DNA from: Candidatus Hydrogenedentota bacterium | GTDB taxonomy: Bacteria; Hydrogenedentota; Hydrogenedentia; Hydrogenedentales; JAEUWI01 | Assembly: GCA_034669905.1 (NCBI GenBank) | Contig: JAXMOL010000037.1 | Coordinates: forward strand, 12,258-76,257 | DNA: 64,000 nt | Reading direction: 5' to 3' | Shown: piece after piece, positions 18,834 to 26,799 of the stretch | Position numbering within the stretch: position 1 is the first letter of the stretch | How the letters are laid out: each line of letters begins with the position of its first letter | Notes under the pieces: generated by a model | Database searches by the model: none | Told to the model about the DNA's origin: nothing | The model's input: only the letters and a program-made list of their open reading frames with translations | Program-made: the position numbers and the translations under genes

Positions 18834-19961
18834 ATGCAAGCCGCATCGTATAACTACCCCACCCGTATGATTTTTGGCCCGGGCTCCCGCACGCAGCTCG
18901 GAGCCCTGCTGAAGGCCGAAGGCAAGCGTCGCCCCCTTATCGTGACCGACCGAGGTATCGCAGGCCTGCCTTTCGTGGCCGAGATGGTGGATACGCTGAA
19001 GTCCGAAGGGCTCGAGGCCGCTGTATACAGCGAGATCCAGGGGAATCCGGATAAGCCCCAGGTGACCCAGGGGGTGGATGCCTTCCGGGCGCATCAGGGC
19101 GATTCGTTCATCATTCTTGGTGGTGGCGCCGCATTGGATGTGGGCAAGGTCATCGCCCTCATGATCAATCACCCGGGCGATGTCTTCGACTATGAAGATG
19201 GCAACCCCGACGTGCCCCCGGTCGACAAAGAGATTCCCTTTAATATCTGTGTGCCCACCACGGCCGGCACGGGCAGTGAAGTGGGACGCAGCAGCGTGAT
19301 TTCCGATGAGCAGCACGTGAAGCGGATTATTTTCGATGCCCGCATGATGCCGCCCCTCGTTGTGGCTGACCCCGAGCTTACCGTGGGCCTGCCGGCTGGG
19401 GTAACGGCGGCCACGGGTGTCGACGCGTTGTCCCACAGTGTGGAAGCCTTCCTGGCCAAGGGCTATCACCCCATGGCCGACGGTATCGCCCTGGAAGGCA
19501 TCCGCCTGGTAAAAGAGAACCTGGCCACGGCCGTCAAAGAACCCACCAACATCGTGGCGCGGGGCAATATGCTCATGGCCTCGTCGATGGGGGCTACGGC
19601 CTTCCAGAAAGGGCTGGGGGTAACCCATTCCTGTGCCCACGCCCTGTCGGCCGTCTGTGATCTACACCACGGCACGGCCATCGCCCTCATGCTCCCGGCC
19701 TGCATGCGGTTCAACGCTGTGGCCCTGCCCGAGCGCATGGTGCGCCTCCAGGGGGCAGTGGATACTACCCTCGCCTTTGATGCCTGGCTGGAGCAGTTCA
19801 ACGCCGAGTTGGGCCTGCCTTCCGGCCTCGCCGCCGTGGGTGTGAAGGAAGAGCACCTTGCGTCTCTCGTGGAAATTGCCGTCAAGGATGTATGCCACAG
19901 CTGTAACGAGCGGGCCGTTTCTGCCGCAGATTTTGAAGCCCTCTTCCGGGAGGCCCTGTAG
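18834..19961 (+). CDS. Iron-containing (group III) alcohol dehydrogenase
   Basis: GGGAALDVGK NAD-binding motif, GTGSEV, and His-rich metal site (HSCAHALSAVCDLHHG). Confidence 0.9.
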   Translation: MQAASYNYPTRMIFGPGSRTQLGALLKAEGKRRPLIVTDRGIAGLPFVAEMVDTLKSEGLEAAVYSEIQGNPDKPQVTQGVDAFRAHQGDSFIILGGGAALDVGKVIALMINHPGDVFDYEDGNPDVPPVDKEIPFNICVPTTAGTGSEVGRSSVISDEQHVKRIIFDARMMPPLVVADPELTVGLPAGVTAATGVDALSHSVEAFLAKGYHPMADGIALEGIRLVKENLATAVKEPTNIVARGNMLMASSMGATAFQKGLGVTHSCAHALSAVCDLHHGTAIALMLPACMRFNAVALPERMVRLQGAVDTTLAFDAWLEQFNAELGLPSGLAAVGVKEEHLASLVEIAVKDVCHSCNERAVSAADFEALFREAL

Positions 19962-20011
19962 CGGGGGAGGAAGTAGATCGGGGTTGCCCGCACCCATCGG
20001 ACCGTTTCAAG

Positions 20012-20058
20012 AATGATGGCGGGTGTCACCCTCAACCGGAGGAGCGCAGCGGGGGAAG
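20012..20058. repeat. Dispersed hairpin repeat family R2 (GGTGYCACCCTCAASC ... TTGTGGGTG), copy in a 480 bp gene-free spacer
   Basis: Other copies at 47446..47492, 51582..51625 (reverse) and 1430..1476 (reverse). Conserved 9 bp stem (CACCCnCAA/TTGnGGGTG) with a variable loop. Confidence 0.7.
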
Positions 20059-20442
20059 GTTGTGGGTGCGTTGGATTCAGGAACACCACGTCAGAAAAGG
20101 TGATGCGTGTTGGTTTTTGTGCCGTGGTTGCGGGGAGGCTCCTGCCTCGGCGAAGTCCCATCACCCACAAGCGGTGCGGCGAGGCCGCACCGCTTGAGGG
20201 TCCACGACGCGCCGCAGGTGGGTGGCACCCCTGGTTCCTCATCTATGGCCGGAGCGTCCCTTAGAAATCACTTTTCGATACCTGGCTCGGGGAGCTTACC
20301 TGAATCCGGTGAGTGGTGGGCCGTCCAGCGCTCCCCTCATGCCCGTCGGTCGGTTGCATCGATGGGGGAGAGGCAGTACACTTGGGAGTTCCCGGGTGCG
20401 TGCGTGATAGTGCGCCCGTGTAATCCATGAGGAAGGGATAGG

Positions 20443-21813
20443 ATGAACGCAATTATCGCCCGAAATGTACCCTCGGCGCTTCTGATCCTGACGGCGCCCC
20501 TGCTTCTCATTGGCTGTGAGACGATGCAGCAGCAGAGCGCCACGGAGAACTACGACGAAGTCCGCAATCAGACCGAGAAAACCTCCTTCAACGTCATCTT
20601 CAATTATGATGACTCCCTGGTGGTGGACGACAGCTACGTGGCCACCCAGTATTACGAAGGCACGGCGAAAGTCGGTCGGGTAGAAGTTACTTTTCAGGCG
20701 GGCTTAAAGGAGCAGGCGGGCGAATTCGCCATGGAAATGGAGCAGCACATCGCCCATGTGGAGCGCCATTTCGGGCGTGCGCTGGAGACGCCGGTGCGGG
20801 CCTATTTGCTGCGGCGGGATACGATGCCCGGTACGGTAACCGGTGGATTTGCACCCACCAACTCGGCGTTTCAGTTTCCCCTTTTTACTGTCGAGGGCGA
20901 CGAAGACTTTGAAACGATTCGCTCGGGCAACCCCTTTTACCCCTACATGTTCATCCACGAGCTCACCAAGCTGAGCCTGGTGGACCCGGCGCGGCCCCCC
21001 TTGATCCTGGCGGACCAGAAGACCAGCCCCTTGACGAAGACCAATTACCTTACCCGATGGTTCCGTGAGGGCCTGGCCAACTATGCCGAATTCCTGGTCT
21101 ACGAGAAGCTCCGGGAGCGTGTGGTGGAGGGGGACGATAGGACGGCGCTTTCCAGCTTTGAGAGCAACCACGTTTTTCAGCAGCCCATGAGTGCCCTGGC
21201 GACGGTAGGACCCGAGCTCTTTAACTGGAGTCAGTTTGACGATCCCAGTCATGATCGGGATTATCTGAATGCGGCCATGGGGCTCTTCATCCTGCTTGAG
21301 CATCGCTTTGGTGAGGGGGCGATCCGGAAGGTTATGGATACGCTTGAACAACAGTACTACGTGGATGGACAGGTCATTATCAATGCCATCAACTCCACGC
21401 TGAACACCGACGTCCAGCAATTGGTCCAGGGCTTTGATCTCATGACGGCCGGAACCCAGGCCAGCCCGCTGACCCCGGCTACGGCCCGGAATTTTGGCCT
21501 GGCGGTGGAGCAGGGCCTCTATGTGAATGCCCTGACAGAGACGGGGGCGGCCCGTGCGGCGGGCGTACAGCGGGGGGATGTGATCATCGGGGTAAACCGC
21601 CGGGATGTGACGAACAACCTGGACTATGAGATGGCGCTCCTGGATGCGCAGGAGCACGGGAACCTGTATTTCACGGTAGACCGGCTGGGCGAACGCCATA
21701 CGCTGGGGGTGAAGGTGAACATTCCGACCATCACAGCCACCGGGGCCCTGGGGGGTGTGGGCGGTGGCGGGGTGATATCGGGTGACGTCATGGGCTTCAG
21801 TGCTACGGAGTGA
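20443..21813 (+). CDS. Hypothetical lipoprotein with a C-terminal PDZ domain
   Basis: Lipobox LLLIGC. C-terminal GLYVNALTETGAARAAGVQRGDVIIGVN PDZ-like carboxylate-binding loop region. Confidence 0.65.
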   Translation: MNAIIARNVPSALLILTAPLLLIGCETMQQQSATENYDEVRNQTEKTSFNVIFNYDDSLVVDDSYVATQYYEGTAKVGRVEVTFQAGLKEQAGEFAMEMEQHIAHVERHFGRALETPVRAYLLRRDTMPGTVTGGFAPTNSAFQFPLFTVEGDEDFETIRSGNPFYPYMFIHELTKLSLVDPARPPLILADQKTSPLTKTNYLTRWFREGLANYAEFLVYEKLRERVVEGDDRTALSSFESNHVFQQPMSALATVGPELFNWSQFDDPSHDRDYLNAAMGLFILLEHRFGEGAIRKVMDTLEQQYYVDGQVIINAINSTLNTDVQQLVQGFDLMTAGTQASPLTPATARNFGLAVEQGLYVNALTETGAARAAGVQRGDVIIGVNRRDVTNNLDYEMALLDAQEHGNLYFTVDRLGERHTLGVKVNIPTITATGALGGVGGGGVISGDVMGFSATE

Positions 21814-21975
21814 CCGGGCGCAAAGTAAGAATACTGATGGGAAAAACTTGCGACATCCTGTCTAAAAATGTAACATTGTCCCCATTAGAATGTATTGTAT
21901 TCACGCACGGCCTTGCGTTCAGGTGCTGTGTGCTTTCAGAAATAAACAACACGTAAACGAGCTAAGGAGAATACC

Positions 21976-22068
21976 ATGTTCATCTTCGATTTTATCGGCG
22001 ACGTCTTCGGATGGATCTTTGACTTCGTAGAAGGAGTCTTCAACTTCCTTTTCGGCTGGATTTTCTAG
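21976..22068 (+). CDS. Small 30-codon ORF encoding a Phe/Trp-rich peptide (MFIFDFIGDVFGWIFDFVEGVFNFLFGWIF), not in the ORF track
   Basis: Strong SD AAGGAGA 5 nt upstream of the ATG, located in the only markedly AT-rich spacer of the region. Internal duplication of a DF[IV].GVF..GWIF motif. May also be a chance ORF. Confidence 0.35.
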   Translation: MFIFDFIGDVFGWIFDFVEGVFNFLFGWIF

Positions 22069-22157
22069 TCTGGGATTTTGACGCAATTTGAGTTATGCTG
22101 ACAGGCGCTCTGGTCTCTTACCAGGGCGTCTGTTCTAGTTTGTGGAGGACACTCGGC

Positions 22158-23405
22158 CGAATGTTACAGGGTTTGCCACACTTCCAATTTCAATGTTTCT
22201 CCTGTGGCGCGCTGCACACCGAAGTGTCGGTGCCGACGTGCCCCGATTGTGGCGCCCCCCTGAGCCTGGCGCTCTCGTCTTATCCGGAGGCGTCCGTCCT
22301 CACGACCCGACCCCACTCGATGTGGGACTACCAGGCCCTGCTTCCCGTACCTTCCGACGCGGATATCGTGAGTCTGGGGGAGGGGGCAACGCCCCTTGTT
22401 TCGGCGCCTGCCCTGGCCGCGAAGCACCTGCTGGGTGCGGTGGACCTCAAGAACGAGATGGGGAATCCCACGGGCTCGTTTAAGGATCGGCAGGTGGCGG
22501 TGGGTATTAATTGGGCCCGCTCGCAGGGCCATGATACCGTGGCCGTCGTGTCCTCGGGCAATGTGGCCGCCTCTGCCGCGGCCTATGCGGCCCGCGCCGG
22601 GATGAAGGCCATCCTCTTTATGCACGGACAGGCCGACCCCGCCAAAATCGCCCAGGCACAAACCTATGGGGCCACCGTGATCGCGGTGGACAACCCCTCG
22701 CCCCGCGCGGTCTTCGCGCTGTGCATGGCCGCCTGCGAAGCCCACGGATGGTACCACCTTTCCACGGCGGGCATTTACGCGCCCTGGAATGTGGAAGGGG
22801 CCAAGACGATTGCCTACGAGCTGTTCCAGCACTATGGGGCGACGTTGCCCCATTGGCTGGTCGCCCCGGTGGGCGGCGGTGGCCTGCTGGGGGGGATCTG
22901 GCGGGGCTTCCTGGAACTCAAGGCCATGGGCCTCATTAAAGATATACCCCGACTGGCGGGTGTCCAGGCGGAAGGGTGCGCTCCCCTGAAAGAGGCCATC
23001 GACAACGACTGGTTGTTGGAAGAACACCTGGCCAATCCGTGGCCCCATCCCGACACCATTGCGGGGGCCATTGCGGACGACATCCTTTTCGATGGTCACA
23101 CGGTGTTGCCCGCGATTCGTCAGACCTGGGGCACAGCCATCACGGTGACCGACGAAGAACTGATCGCGGCCCAGCGTCGGCTCGCGAAAAACTCGGGCCT
23201 GCTTTGTGAAATCGCCACGGCAGCGGCCATCGCGGCCCTTTCCAAGCTACCCGTAGTAGACAGGGACACGCGGGTTTGTTGTATAGTGTCGGGCAGCGGC
23301 CTGAAAGATTTGGGTCGTCTGGCGGAAGGGGCGAAGCCAGTTCCCCGAATATCCGCTGATATGGATGCGTTGCAGGCACTGCTGCGCAAACAAGACGCCG
23401 AATAA
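22158..23405 (+). CDS. thrC: Threonine synthase-like PLP-dependent enzyme with an N-terminal zinc ribbon
   Basis: CFSCG..x17..CPDCG ribbon followed by the PLP-lysine motif NPTGSFKDRQ and a glycine-rich loop (VAPVGGGGLLGG). The start at 22158 is preferred over 22095. Confidence 0.7.
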   Translation, partial: RMLQGLPHFQFQCFSCGALHTEVSVPTCPDCGAPLSLALSSYPEASVLTTRPHSMWDYQALLPVPSDADIVSLGEGATPLVSAPALAAKHLLGAVDLKNEMGNPTGSFKDRQVAVGINWARSQGHDTVAVVSSGNVAASAAAYAARAGMKAILFMHGQADPAKIAQAQTYGATVIAVDNPSPRAVFALCMAACEAHGWYHLSTAGIYAPWNVEGAKTIAYELFQHYGATLPHWLVAPVGGGGLLGGIWRGFLELKAMGLIKDIPRLAGVQAEGCAPLKEAIDNDWLLEEHLANPWPHPDTIAGAIADDILFDGHTVLPAIRQTWGTAITVTDEELIAAQRRLAKNSGLLCEIATAAAIAALSKLPVVDRDTRVCCIVSGSGLKDLGRLAEGAKPVPRISADMDALQALLRKQDAE

Positions 23406-23432
23406 CGCCGACTTCACCTGGGAGACCTCCCG

Positions 23433-24422
23433 ATGAAACACCTTGTATGGATACTGGCCCTTTTTGTGATGGGCTGTTCTTCTTCCGATGTCGTGGTGGT
23501 ATACAGTCCCCACGGTGCCGAGATGCTGGGGGACTACGAAACCCTGTTTGAGACCGCCTATCCCGAGGTGGATGTCCAGCTCTTGGACATGGGTTCAAAA
23601 GAAGTCTACAGCCGCATTCGCGCAGAGAAGAATCGTCCCCAATGTGACGTGTGGTGGGGAGCGCCTTCAACCATGTTTATGCAGGCCGCGGAAGAAGGCT
23701 TACTGGCTTCCTATGAACCCGCCTGGTGCTCCGCGGTAGACGATCAATTCAAGGATGCCGAGGGGCTCTGGCATGCCACCTACCGCTCTCCCCTGGCCAT
23801 TTTGTTTAACAACCGTCAGTATACGGCGGAAGACATGCCCACCACATGGGATGGAATGCTGGAAGCGCAGTGGCAGGGGAGAATCGCCCTGCGCAAACCC
23901 CTGGAATCGGGTACCATGCGGACCTTTATCGGTTCCATGATTACCCGGGCCGAAAACGAAGATGCGGGTATCGCCTGGTTGAAGCAGTTTCATGGCGCGA
24001 CGGGCGATTATCTCGCTACCCCAAACCTCCTCTTCGACCACATCAAGAAGAATCCCGAGCACATCAGCGTCTGGCTCATGCCCGATATCGTGATGCAGGC
24101 CGTGCGGAATGGTTACCCCTTTGACTATCAGGTGCCGGAGAATACGCCGGTGCTGACCGATGGTATTGCGATTGTGGCCGGTGCCCCCCACCGGGAGTGG
24201 GCGGAAAAGTTCTATGACTTTGTCACCACCGAGGAGGCGTTGCTGCATCAGGCCGAAGCCTATGCCAAGCTGCCGGCCCGGGGCGATATCGATCCGGGGA
24301 AGCTACCACCCAAGCTGGTGACCCAGCGCATTGTGCCCATGCCTATCAACTGGACGGATTTCGCCGCCAACGAAAAGGCCTGGTGTGACCGCTGGAAAAC
24401 GGAAGTGTTTGACGCCCCATGA
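23433..24422 (+). CDS. ABC transporter periplasmic substrate-binding lipoprotein (FbpA/iron(III)- or thiamine-type SBP family)
   Basis: Lipobox FVMGCSS and two-lobe SBP-like composition. The stop overlaps the next start (ATGA). Confidence 0.75.
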   Translation: MKHLVWILALFVMGCSSSDVVVVYSPHGAEMLGDYETLFETAYPEVDVQLLDMGSKEVYSRIRAEKNRPQCDVWWGAPSTMFMQAAEEGLLASYEPAWCSAVDDQFKDAEGLWHATYRSPLAILFNNRQYTAEDMPTTWDGMLEAQWQGRIALRKPLESGTMRTFIGSMITRAENEDAGIAWLKQFHGATGDYLATPNLLFDHIKKNPEHISVWLMPDIVMQAVRNGYPFDYQVPENTPVLTDGIAIVAGAPHREWAEKFYDFVTTEEALLHQAEAYAKLPARGDIDPGKLPPKLVTQRIVPMPINWTDFAANEKAWCDRWKTEVFDAP

Positions 24423-25150
24423 GCAGTGTACGCCTCGAAAATATACGCCGTGTCTTTGCCGAAGGGGGGGGCATCCGTGATTTCACCTGCGACATTGCTC
24501 AGGGGGAATGCTTTGCCCTGTTGGGCCCGTCGGGCTGTGGCAAGACGACCACCCTCCGGAGTATCGCCGGACTGGAGACCCTGGATGGGGGCGCGATTTA
24601 TTTCGGTGACCGGGATGTGACCCACGAGCCACCCGAAACGCGGAAGGCCGCCATGGTCTTTCAGAGCTACGCCCTCTTTCCCCATATGAACGTTTTCGAA
24701 AACGTGGCCTTCGGGCTCCGTGCCCAGAAAATGGATAAGGCCCTCATAGCGCCCCGGGTGGAAGAATCGCTCGCCCTGGTGCAGCTGGAAGGGTTGGGTA
24801 AACGGGCCGTGACGGAGCTCAGTGGGGGACAGCAACAGCGGGTGGCCCTGGCGCGCGCCCTGGCGGTGCAACCGGTGATTCTGCTGCTGGACGAGCCCCT
24901 GAGTAACCTGGATGCGGAACTGCGTTATGCCACCCGGGAGCAACTGGGTGCCCTGCAGAAGAAGCTGGGGATTACGGCCATCTACGTGACCCACGACCAG
25001 GAAGAAGCCCTGGAATTGGCCGATCGCATCGCCGTGCTGAAAGATGGTACCTGCCACCAGATTGGTACGCCCAAAGAAATCCTTGAATCGCCCGCCACCG
25101 AGTTCGTGGAGCAATTCATGCGCCGTCAACGTGCCCTCATGGGCGGCTGA
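24419..25150 (+). CDS. ABC transporter ATP-binding protein (PotA/FbpC-like importer ATPase)
   Basis: Walker A GPSGCGKTT, Q-loop, signature LSGGQQQRVALARAL, and Walker B LLLDEPLSNLD. Confidence 0.9.
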   Translation: MSSVRLENIRRVFAEGGGIRDFTCDIAQGECFALLGPSGCGKTTTLRSIAGLETLDGGAIYFGDRDVTHEPPETRKAAMVFQSYALFPHMNVFENVAFGLRAQKMDKALIAPRVEESLALVQLEGLGKRAVTELSGGQQQRVALARALAVQPVILLLDEPLSNLDAELRYATREQLGALQKKLGITAIYVTHDQEEALELADRIAVLKDGTCHQIGTPKEILESPATEFVEQFMRRQRALMGG

Positions 25151-25359
25151 ATTCACCGCGCCACTATCCTTGGAGCTTGGACACTCTTGTCCGAGACAGG
25201 GCCTACGTCAGACATGCGTGGCACGTGCCGCTTGTGAAATACTCCTTGAGCCCGCCGATGTTATGCCGGTATGGCGTTGGAGTTTCCCTGCTTCCAGTTA
25301 TTGGGTGTAAAGGCCCGCGTGCGCTTTGCCTCGGACAGGAGTGTCCCAGCTCCTGGGGG

Positions 25360-26532
25360 TTATTCCGGCAGGTTATTGCGCAGGAAATCCCGCACGTTGC
25401 CGCCCATCATCTTCCCTATATCTTCTGCGTTGTAGCCCGTTGCGAGCAAGGCTTCGGTGATGAGGGGGAGTCCGGTCACGTCGAAGGGGGCGTGGATGGC
25501 CCCGTCAAAATCAGAGCCGAGCGCCACATGATTGGTGCCGACCCGGTCGGCCACATACTTCATGGCGGCCACCGTGGCGTCGGCGACGGTGCCACACACC
25601 GCGGTCTTCCACAGGCCAATGCCGATGAGGCCGCCTTTCGCCGCGATGGCATCGATGTGCGCGTCGCTCAGATTGCGGGGGTTGTCACAGGTGCCCCGGA
25701 CGCCCGTATGGGAGACCACCACGGGCCGGGACGTGAGGGCCAGGATGTCGTCGATCATGGCGGGGGAGACGTGAGCGAGGTCGATGATGATTTCCCGGGC
25801 ATCCAACTTCGCGATAATCTCCCGTCCGAATTCACTCAGGCCTTCACCCGATTCCCCATGGGCCGAGCCGCCCATTTCGTTGTCGAAGAAGTGGGTGGGG
25901 CCCATCATGCGGTAACCCGCCTCTATCAATACGTCGAGGTTGTTGGCATTTCCCTCCAGACAGTGGAGCCCTTCTATACCAAGAATGGCACCCAGCACGT
26001 GGGGATTCTCCGCACGCCGCGAGAGAAGTTCGTCCACATCGCCCCGTGTGCGGAGCAGCAACAAATCCGAATCCTCCTCTGTGAGTCGGTGCAGCCGTTC
26101 GGCCTGATAGAGGGCCCGCTCTTTGAGGGAGCCCCACGTCCGCACGGGCCACCGTTGGGCCATGACGAGTTGGGTAATCTTGTCCCGTGCGTCGGAGGCG
26201 TTGGCGTGGATGTTTTGTCCCTCGGGGGACTTAGTGACAACGGTAAAGGCCTGGATGGCCACATTGCCTTCGCGGAGTCGGGGGATATCGACCTGGCCCC
26301 AGCGGCCCTTGCGGGAGAGATCCCGGGACCACAACAGGCTGTCGGCGTGGAGGTCGGCTATGACGAGGGACTGGTGGAGGGTAGTGGCTTCGGTGGAAAC
26401 CGTGTAGGGAGGGGTAGTGCGAACACCGTTCATGTTTTTGCCCACGCTGCCGGGAAGGATTCCGAAGACATAGACGGCGGCACCGGCCAGGGCAACGAGG
26501 CTGGCGACGAGGAATCGTTTGAACCATTTCAT
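25360..26532 (-). CDS. Membrane dipeptidase (peptidase family M19)
   Basis: N-terminal TM anchor and M19 zinc-ligand motifs (DLHAD, HTGVRG, LGSDFDG). Confidence 0.85.
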   Translation of the reverse strand: MKWFKRFLVASLVALAGAAVYVFGILPGSVGKNMNGVRTTPPYTVSTEATTLHQSLVIADLHADSLLWSRDLSRKGRWGQVDIPRLREGNVAIQAFTVVTKSPEGQNIHANASDARDKITQLVMAQRWPVRTWGSLKERALYQAERLHRLTEEDSDLLLLRTRGDVDELLSRRAENPHVLGAILGIEGLHCLEGNANNLDVLIEAGYRMMGPTHFFDNEMGGSAHGESGEGLSEFGREIIAKLDAREIIIDLAHVSPAMIDDILALTSRPVVVSHTGVRGTCDNPRNLSDAHIDAIAAKGGLIGIGLWKTAVCGTVADATVAAMKYVADRVGTNHVALGSDFDGAIHAPFDVTGLPLITEALLATGYNAEDIGKMMGGNVRDFLRNNLPE

Positions 26533-26634
26533 GGGCGGGGCTCCTTGGGGTTGTGTCATGTCTTCATAGCGTGCGGTAGTTGCAGAGTTCGACTATGGAT
26601 CGGGGTATCGATTCCTGCCAGCGAAGTTTTAGCT

Positions 26635-26790
26635 GAAGTTTCGGACGATTCCCCTCCTGGGAGGGGTTAGGGGTGGGTTGCGTCGCCTATTGTGACTTGA
26701 CCCACCCCCGGCCCCTCCAAGGAGGGGAGTTTTTTACAATATCAATTGCGGTTTTCTCAAAAACTAAATGACCCAACGCTACATATAAAT
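26635..26790. repeat. Dispersed repeat family R5, copy 1 (three consecutive hairpins, the last with a T-run)
   Basis: Second copy at 36621..36770 with about 85% identity over the core (cgaatcccctcc..ggggtgggttg..gtgacttgacccacccccggcccctccaaggaggggagtttttt). Confidence 0.8.
26711..26736 (+). terminator. Intrinsic-terminator-like hairpin plus U-run inside R5 copy 1 (plus-strand sense)
   Basis: GGCCCCTCC-aa-GGAGGGGAG followed by TTTTTT. Confidence 0.45.
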
Positions 26791-26799
26791 CCGCTACGG

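Noticed and set aside
21976-22068. The Phe-rich small ORF as a Phe-responsive transcription-attenuator leader
   Set aside because: Phe residues are spread along the peptide rather than clustered at the end. No terminator/antiterminator hairpins with a U-run follow. The downstream gene is thrC-like, not a Phe-pathway gene.
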